Shown here: piece after piece, positions 27,077 to 32,000 of the stretch | Position numbering within the stretch: the first letter of the stretch is position 1 | Layout: each line of letters starts with the position of its first letter | Assembly: GCF_000017305.1 (NCBI RefSeq) | Contig: NC_009664.2 | Location: forward strand, 1,230,001 to 1,262,000 | Length of the DNA: 32,000 nucleotides | Origin: Kineococcus radiotolerans SRS30216 = ATCC BAA-149 | Lineage (GTDB): Bacteria > Actinomycetota > Actinomycetes > Actinomycetales > Kineococcaceae | Direction of reading: 5' to 3' | The notes under the pieces: generated by a model | Databases searched by the model: none | Told to the model about the DNA's origin: nothing | The model's input: the letters and a program-made list of their open reading frames with translations, nothing else | Translations under genes and position numbers: made by a program

Positions 27077-28746
27077 GACTGGGCTCCGGTGAGGGCCTCG
27101 GCGATCGGGCCGAGGGCGAGGGCGGGGAAGAACGTGAGGGCGCTGACGACCACGACGACGGCCAGGTGCATGCCGGCGAAGGTCGGGGACCGGGTGGGCA
27201 GCGTGCCGGCGGTCTCGGCCGCGGTCCGCTGGGCGGCGAACGCCCCGGCCAGGGCCAGGACGAGGACCATCGGCAGGAACCGCCCGAGCCAGATCGCCAG
27301 GCCCAGCGCGGTGTTGTAGAACGGCGTGTTCGCGCTGAGGCCGGCGAACGCGGAGCCGTTGTTGTTGGCGGCCGAGGCGAAGGCGTAGAGCATCTCGGTC
27401 AGCCCGTGCGAGCCGGTGTTCAGCAGCGCGGACCGGGTGGCGGCGTCGGAGAGCGCGACGGCCGTGCCGGTGAGCAGGACCGCGGGGGTCACGAGGACGT
27501 AGAGGGCCGCGCAGGTGATCTCGCGCTGGCCGATGCGCTTGCCCAGGTACTCCGGGGTCCGCCCGACCATGAGCCCGGCGACGAACACCGTGATGACGGC
27601 GAGCACGAGCATCCCGTAGAGCCCGGAACCGACCCCGCCGGGGGTGACCTCGCCCATCACCAGGTTCAGCAGCACCACCCCGCCGCCGGCGGCGGTGTAG
27701 CTGTCGTGGGCGGAGTTCACCGCCCCCGTCGACGTCGCCGTCGTCGCGGTCGCGAACAGCGCCGAGGCCCACTCCCCGAACCGGGTCTCCTTGCCCTCCA
27801 TCGCCGCGCCGGCGGCCTGCGGAACGCTGCCCCCGGCGTGGGTCTCGGCCCAGGTCGTGAGGGCGAGGGAGGCGCCGAAGATCGTGCCCATCACCGACAG
27901 AACGGCCAGCCCCTGGCGGTGGTCGCCGACGAGGGTGCCGAAGGCGCGGGGCAGGCTGAAGGGGATGACGAGGATGAGGAACACCTCGAGGAGGTTCGAG
28001 ACCGCGTTCGGGTTCTCGAACGGGTGCGCGGAGTTGGCGTTGAAGAACCCGCCGCCGTTGGTGCCGAGCTCCTTGACGGCCTCCTGCGAGGCGATCGGAC
28101 CGCCGAGGATCGTCTGCGAGCCGCCCGCCAGCGTCGGGTACGTGGTGGCGCCGGTGAAGTTCTGCACCACCCCCGTGAGGAGCAGCAGGACGGCGCCGGC
28201 GAACGCCAGCGGCAGCAGGACGCGCAGCGTCCCGCGGGTCAGGTCGACCCAGAAGTTGCCGATCGTCCCCGTCCCGCGGGCGACGAGCCCGCGCACGAGG
28301 GCGACCGCCACGGCCAGGCCGACGGCGGCGGACAGGAAGTTCTGCACGGTCAGCCCGGCCATCTGCACGAGGTGCCCGAGGGTGGACTCCCCCGCGTAGG
28401 ACTGCCAGTTCGTGTTGCCGACGAAGGAGACGGCGGTGTTCCAGGCCTGGGTCGGTTCCATCCCCGGCCGGCCCAGCGACAGCGGCAGGAACCCCTGCAG
28501 CCGCAGGAACGCGTAGAGGAAGAGGATGGAGACCGTCGAGAAGCCCAGGACGGAGAGGGCGTAGGTGGGCCAGCGGGTGTCGGCGTCGGCGTCGACGCGC
28601 AGCACCCGGTAGATCCCGCGCTCGAGGCGCAGGTGCCTCGTCCCGGCGAAGGTCCGGGCCAGGAAGTCCCCGAGGGGGACGTGCACGGCGGCGAGCAGCA
28701 GGAGGAGGAGACCGGCCTGGAGCAGTCCCGCGCCGAGGTCGCCCAT
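27073..28746 (-). CDS. kdpA: K+-transporting ATPase subunit A
   Basis: 557-aa polytopic protein with channel-like KdpA blocks ([22 protein letters not shown]). ATG 28746 overlaps the kdpF stop (ATGA). Confidence 0.95.
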   Translation of the reverse strand: MGDLGAGLLQAGLLLLLLAAVHVPLGDFLARTFAGTRHLRLERGIYRVLRVDADADTRWPTYALSVLGFSTVSILFLYAFLRLQGFLPLSLGRPGMEPTQAWNTAVSFVGNTNWQSYAGESTLGHLVQMAGLTVQNFLSAAVGLAVAVALVRGLVARGTGTIGNFWVDLTRGTLRVLLPLAFAGAVLLLLTGVVQNFTGATTYPTLAGGSQTILGGPIASQEAVKELGTNGGGFFNANSAHPFENPNAVSNLLEVFLILVIPFSLPRAFGTLVGDHRQGLAVLSVMGTIFGASLALTTWAETHAGGSVPQAAGAAMEGKETRFGEWASALFATATTATSTGAVNSAHDSYTAAGGGVVLLNLVMGEVTPGGVGSGLYGMLVLAVITVFVAGLMVGRTPEYLGKRIGQREITCAALYVLVTPAVLLTGTAVALSDAATRSALLNTGSHGLTEMLYAFASAANNNGSAFAGLSANTPFYNTALGLAIWLGRFLPMVLVLALAGAFAAQRTAAETAGTLPTRSPTFAGMHLAVVVVVSALTFFPALALGPIAEALTGAQS

Positions 28747-28835
28747 CAGAACCGCTCCGGGTGGAGCAGGGTGTGCAGCAGGTACCCGGCGGTCGCGACG
28801 GCGAGCGCGAGGCCCACCGCCGCCTCGGCGCTCAC
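28746..28835 (-). CDS. kdpF: K+-transporting ATPase subunit F (29 aa)
   Basis: [29 protein letters not shown] is a single TM helix ending in the KdpF signature GYLxxxLxxPExF (compare E. coli ...LGYLVYALINAEAF). It is the C-terminal part of the tracked ORF 28746-28964, starting at GTG 28835. Confidence 0.8.
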   Translation of the reverse strand: MSAEAAVGLALAVATAGYLLHTLLHPERF

Positions 28836-28915
28836 CGGCGCTCCAGACCGCGGACGAGCAGGGTGGCGGCGAGGGCGAGGACCAGGGTCAGGACGGTGTA
28901 CCCGACGTCGAGCAC
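28832..28915 (-). CDS. candidate 27-aa hydrophobic peptide upstream of kdpF (not in the ORF track)
   Basis: GTG 28915 is preceded by GGAG at a 6-nt spacing. Translation is (M)[26 protein letters not shown]. 26 of 27 sense codons end in G/C. The TGA stop overlaps the kdpF GTG (GTGA). Confidence 0.5.
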   Translation of the reverse strand: MLDVGYTVLTLVLALAATLLVRGLERR

Positions 28916-28966
28916 GGAGGACTCCAGGGAGGTGGGTGCGGGTGGTGCTCACCCACCACAGCACCC

Positions 28967-28989
28967 GGGGCGGGCCCCGGGCCCGCCCC
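28967..28989. terminator. Perfect GC hairpin GGGGCGGGCC-ccg-GGCCCGCCCC
   Basis: 10-bp perfect stem with a 3-nt loop and no U tract. It lies between the sugar-porter stop (29080) and the kdp small ORFs. It could terminate the porter transcript or form part of the kdp leader or promoter. Confidence 0.35.
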
Positions 28990-29070
28990 TGACGCCTCCT
29001 TGACGCCGGGCGCGTCCGTCTTGACGCGTCCTTGACGCCTCCTCGACGCGGCTCGACGCGTGGTCGACGC
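28990..29070. repeat. Seven direct (T/C)GACGC repeats phased at 10-11 bp
   Basis: TGACGC starts at 28990, 29001, 29022 and 29033. CGACGC starts at 29044, 29054 and 29065. Spacings are 11, 21, 11, 11, 10 and 11 bp. The 21-bp gap holds an inverted GCGTC at 29012-29016. The 11-mer TGACGCCTCCT occurs identically at 28990 and 29033. Confidence 0.8.
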
Positions 29071-29079
29071 GGCCGCGGG

Positions 29080-30522
29080 TCAGCGGCTCGCGGCGCGTTC
29101 CGCGGGCTCCTTCGCGAAGTCCGCCGGGCGGAAGCGGCCCTCGTGCAGGCGGCCCTCGATCTCCTCCAGGCTGTGCCCGGTCAGCTCCGGCATCCGCTTG
29201 TAGAGGAAGACGAAGGCGAGGACGTTGAACGCCGCGTACAGCCAGAACGTCTGCCCGGTGCCGATCGTGTCGATGATGCTCAGCAGGGTCAGGGTGATGA
29301 GCAGGTTCGTCCCCCACAGCGACGCCGACTGGGCCGCGGCCCCGGCGGAGCGGGTGGCCAGCGGGTAGATCTCCGAGCCCGTGAGCCAGCCCATGAGCTG
29401 GATGCCGCCGGCGGTGAAGGCCATGAACGCGATGAGGGTGGCGATGATGTACGGCACCTGCTCCTTGCCGTCGTTGCCGGTGACGAAGAAGGTGCCCAGC
29501 ACGATCAGCGCCAGGGCGGCGCCGGGCAGGGTGATGAGGGTCAGGCGGCGGCGGCCCACGCGGTCGATGATGGCCAGCCCGATGAGCTGGGTGATGAGGT
29601 ACGTCGCCCCCAGCCCCACCGAGACCTGCAGCGCGGTGCTGTCGGCGAACCCGTTGTCGGTGAGGATCGTCGGGGAGTAGTAGACGATCATCTCGATGCC
29701 GGACAGCTGGGTGGCGATGGCCAGGCCGCAGCCGACGACGAGCGCCGGGCGCACCCACGCCTCGCGCAGCCCGCGCCAGCCGCGGGTGCCGGCGGAGGAC
29801 TCCTCCCGGACCAGGGCGTCGATCTCGTGCAGCTCGCCCGCGACGTCCGCGCCCCGGGGCCGGACGCGTTCCAGCGACTGCCGGGCCCGGTCCTGCTGGT
29901 CGCTCTTGAGCAGCCAGCGCGGGCTCTCGGGCAGGCGCAGCATGAGCACCAGCATGATCGCGGCCGGCACGGCGGCGGCCCCGATGGACACGCGCCAGTC
30001 GACGGCCTCGCTGGCGCCGACGATCGTGGCCGTGAGGATGCCGACGCCGATGGCGATCTGGAAGAACAGCACCAGGCGCCCGCGGTACTTCGTGGGGGCC
30101 AGCTCCGCGACGTAGACCGGGGCGGTCTGGGTGGCGCCGCCGACGGCGAAGCCGAGGACCAGGCGGGCCAGCGACAGCAGCTCCGGGTTCGGGGCGAACG
30201 CGGCCCCGAGGGTCCCGACGACGAAGACCACCGCGACCACGAGCAGGGTGCCGCGGCGGCCGCGGCGCTCGCTGAGGCGGCTGCACGTGAGGGCCCCGAC
30301 GACCGCCCCGGCGAGGATCGAGGCGGCGATGAGCTGCTCCCAGCCGTTGCCGATCTCGAACTCGTCGCCGATCTGCAGCAGCGCGCCGGAGATGATGCCG
30401 GTGTCGTAGCCGTAGAGCAGTCCCGAGATGGCCGAGACCAGCGCGACGACCACCACGGCGCCGGTGAGGCCACCACCGTCGTCCGTGCTGGTGTCGTGCT
30501 TCTTCCCGTGCGGGTGGGCCAT
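29080..30522 (-). CDS. MFS sugar porter family transporter (sugar/inositol:H+ symporter-like)
   Basis: 480 aa with sugar-porter signatures: GLLYGYDTGIISGA, SERRGRR, PVYVAELAPTKYRG, LPESPRWL and PELTGHSLEEIE. ATG 30522 is preceded by GGAGAA. The tracked N-terminal extension to 30687 is Pro/Arg-rich and covers the C-rich strand of the G-tract repeat. Confidence 0.9.
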   Translation of the reverse strand: MAHPHGKKHDTSTDDGGGLTGAVVVVALVSAISGLLYGYDTGIISGALLQIGDEFEIGNGWEQLIAASILAGAVVGALTCSRLSERRGRRGTLLVVAVVFVVGTLGAAFAPNPELLSLARLVLGFAVGGATQTAPVYVAELAPTKYRGRLVLFFQIAIGVGILTATIVGASEAVDWRVSIGAAAVPAAIMLVLMLRLPESPRWLLKSDQQDRARQSLERVRPRGADVAGELHEIDALVREESSAGTRGWRGLREAWVRPALVVGCGLAIATQLSGIEMIVYYSPTILTDNGFADSTALQVSVGLGATYLITQLIGLAIIDRVGRRRLTLITLPGAALALIVLGTFFVTGNDGKEQVPYIIATLIAFMAFTAGGIQLMGWLTGSEIYPLATRSAGAAAQSASLWGTNLLITLTLLSIIDTIGTGQTFWLYAAFNVLAFVFLYKRMPELTGHSLEEIEGRLHEGRFRPADFAKEPAERAASR

Positions 30523-30612
30523 GGGGTTCTCCGACGTCGTCGTGGACGGAACGGGCTCGGCGCCGAACCGGACCCACCCAAGCACCGCGGTGCGCCCGGC
30601 GCGCGCCGACGC

Positions 30613-30657
30613 GGGTGGGACGGGCGGGGACGGGCGGGGACGGGCGGGCGGGGCGGG
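30613..30657 (+). repeat. G-tract array / 10-bp tandem repeat (CGGGCGGGGA)
   Basis: GGGTGGGACGGGCGGGGACGGGCGGGGACGGGCGGGCGGGGCGGG contains ten runs of 3-4 G separated by 1-2 nt. It lies in the divergent region between the porter start (30522) and the helicase-like start (30708). Confidence 0.8.
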
Positions 30658-30707
30658 CCCCCGTCCGGGCCCGGCCGGGTGTCGCACCCCCGCCGTAGGC
30701 TGCGCGG

Positions 30708-32000
30708 GTGCTGGTCGTCCACGGGCTCTGGACCCGCGCGCAGAGCCTGGCCCTGTGGGTCGAGGCTCCGCGGCGCCACCCCGGTCCCGCCCGCCCGCGC
30801 GACCTCGCCGCCCTGGCCTCCCCGGCCCCCGCCGCGGTGGCCCTGGCCGCGGCGCTGGCCCGCCCGGCGACCCGGGCCCTGCCCCTGCTGCTGCCCTGCA
30901 CCCCGGCGGGGCGGCCCGCGTCCTCCACCGGCCGGGCCCGCGAGGACCTGCGGCTGCGGCCCGTGGAGGTCGACGTCGTCGAGCTGCGCGGCGCGCAGGC
31001 CCTCGAGGTCCTCACCGAGGTCGGGGCCGGGCCGGCGCCGGTCTCCGACGGGCTGCGCTGGCTCGCGCACGTCGCCGCCGGGGCGCGGGCGGCGGTGCGG
31101 GCCGGGCACGTCGTGCCCGACCTCGCCGACGCGGGGACGGCGCGCGACGCCGCGGCCCCCGCCGGGACGTTCACCGCCCGCTGGGTCCCGCTGCCCGACC
31201 GCGGGTTCCACCGCTGGCGCGCGGCCGTCGCCCAGGCCTGCCCCCCGGTGCTGCGCGCCGAGCGGGGACCCTCCCGCCACGACGGGCCGCCCCCGGCGGC
31301 GGTCCTGCTGGACGAGGTCTGCGCGGTCGTCGTCGACGTCCTCACCGCGCGCGCCACCGAGGGGGTCCGCCCGCACGAGCTGCCGACCGGGGCCGCGGCG
31401 CTGGCCTGGATCACCTCGCTGCACCGCGGGGAGCCCGTCGACGGCAGCGTGCCGGCCGCCGGGCTGCGGAGCTTCGCCCGCCGGGTGCGGGAGTGGCAGC
31501 GCAGCGGCGACGCGTCCGGCTACGACGTCGTGCTCCGCGTCGTCGAGCCCGAACCGTGGGAGGACGTCCCCGAGGAGCTGGCCGACGGGCGGCTCGGCAC
31601 GGAGGAGCCGGACCGGACCGCGGACCTGAACTGGCGCCTGCAGACCCGGCTGCGGCCCCTGGACGACCCCAGCCTGGTGCTCACCCTGGACCAGGCCCGG
31701 GCGGAGGGCTCCCCCGACGGGGAGGACCCGCTGCTGCTGCTGCTCACCGGCACCGCGCGGGCCGGGGCGGTGCACCCGCCGCTGCGCCGGGTCCTCGGCG
31801 GGGCCGGCCGCGGCGACGCGGCCGCCGAGGCGGGGGTGGAGCTCACCCTGGACGAGGTGCTCGACCTCGTCGAGGACGGCGGGCCGAAGCTCGCCGCCGC
31901 CGGGATCGCGCTGCAGCTCCCCCGGCACTGGACGAGGAAGGCGCTGACGTTCTCCCTCAGCGCCTCCGCCGTCCAGCCCGGGGCCATCACCGACCCCCGG
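30708..32000 (+). CDS. N-terminal region of a probable SNF2-family helicase (HelZ-like), open at window end
   Basis: This ORF is absent from the track because it has no stop inside the window. An in-frame TAG at 30696 is followed by GTG 30708, and the frame stays open for 431 codons with near-uniform G/C third positions. The N-terminus (VLVVHGLWT...LALWVE) and the later GIALQLPRHW block resemble the helicase-associated N-terminal domain of actinobacterial SNF2 helicases. The ATPase motifs would lie beyond the window. Confidence 0.55.
   Translation, partial: MLVVHGLWTRAQSLALWVEAPRRHPGPARPRDLAALASPAPAAVALAAALARPATRALPLLLPCTPAGRPASSTGRAREDLRLRPVEVDVVELRGAQALEVLTEVGAGPAPVSDGLRWLAHVAAGARAAVRAGHVVPDLADAGTARDAAAPAGTFTARWVPLPDRGFHRWRAAVAQACPPVLRAERGPSRHDGPPPAAVLLDEVCAVVVDVLTARATEGVRPHELPTGAAALAWITSLHRGEPVDGSVPAAGLRSFARRVREWQRSGDASGYDVVLRVVEPEPWEDVPEELADGRLGTEEPDRTADLNWRLQTRLRPLDDPSLVLTLDQARAEGSPDGEDPLLLLLTGTARAGAVHPPLRRVLGGAGRGDAAAEAGVELTLDEVLDLVEDGGPKLAAAGIALQLPRHWTRKALTFSLSASAVQPGAITDPR

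Noticed and set aside
19119-28992. 19119-21101 (-), 21123-23723 extension, 21165-23453 (+), 21842-24883 (+, 1013 aa), 24902-27319 (+), 24974-27772 extension and 27166-28992 (+)
   Set aside because: These are shadows of glpK and the kdp genes. The true starts are defined by 4-bp overlaps and family N-termini.
28990-29043. TTGAC strings within the phased repeats, read as plus-strand -35 boxes driving antisense transcription into the sugar-porter gene
   Set aside because: No TANNNT -10 element occurs at appropriate spacing downstream of any of them. The TTGAC is better explained as part of the repeat unit.
28990-29070. CRISPR-like array
   Set aside because: The units are 6-11 bp with no spacers of unique sequence, and there are no cas genes in the window.
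28836-29079. c-di-AMP (ydaO-type) or other known riboswitch upstream of kdp
   Set aside because: c-di-AMP riboswitches control kdp in some Firmicutes. The available leader here is too short, and I cannot find the conserved pseudo-symmetric core motifs. An Infernal/Rfam scan would be needed to be certain.
28949-31928. 28949-31414 (-, 821 aa), 29032-31629 (+, 865 aa), 29688-31928 (-, 746 aa), and the 30523-30687 extension of the sugar porter
   Set aside because: These are low-complexity shadow frames. The porter extension is Pro/Arg-rich because it reads the C-rich strand of the G-tract repeat, and ATG 30522 has a good SD.
1-32000. Mobile elements, prophage, genomic-island boundaries, and tRNA or rRNA genes
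   Set aside because: I saw no transposase, integrase or recombinase motifs in any frame, no long terminal inverted or direct repeats, no cloverleaf-like AT/GC patterning in the short intergenic gaps, and no obvious compositional shift across the window.

Overview
This is a very GC-rich, densely coding segment (third codon positions are almost always G/C) that looks like ordinary actinobacterial chromosome. I saw no rRNA, tRNA, CRISPR array, transposase, integrase or phage gene.

All product calls come from reading motifs in the supplied translations. No database search was run.

I support 29 coding regions, in this order:
- a VOC-domain gene fragment
- a Qor-like quinone oxidoreductase
- a LacI regulator divergent from a GH51 alpha-L-arabinofuranosidase, with a LacI-type palindrome between them
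- a signal-less DRGH (Serratia/EndoG-type) non-specific nuclease followed by a small unknown ORF
- a GT-A-like hypothetical protein
- a module of PLP D-amino-acid deaminase, N-acyl-D-amino-acid deacylase and PadR, with a divergent RidA
- two GGDEF-EAL proteins flanking a histidine phosphatase and a beta-carbonic anhydrase
- an MFS-SDR pair divergent from a ROK regulator
- an IclR regulator plus glycerol kinase
- a complete kdpFABC-kdpDE locus
- a sugar-porter MFS gene
- the open-ended N-terminus of a probable SNF2-type helicase

Many same-strand gene pairs overlap by 4 bp (GTGA or ATGA), which indicates translational coupling. Most long ORFs in the six-frame track are Arg/Pro/Gly-rich shadow frames of these genes.

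I found no clear novel multi-gene system. The most unusual structure is upstream of kdpF (28832-29070):
- an untracked 27-codon hydrophobic sORF coupled to kdpF
- nested GC hairpins
- seven helically phased (T/C)GACGC direct repeats

Secondary curiosities:
- the nuclease and small-ORF pair
- a degenerate EAL domain
- a 10-run G-tract array in a divergent promoter
- a heptamer microsatellite
- isolated AT-rich or perfect palindromes in intergenic regions
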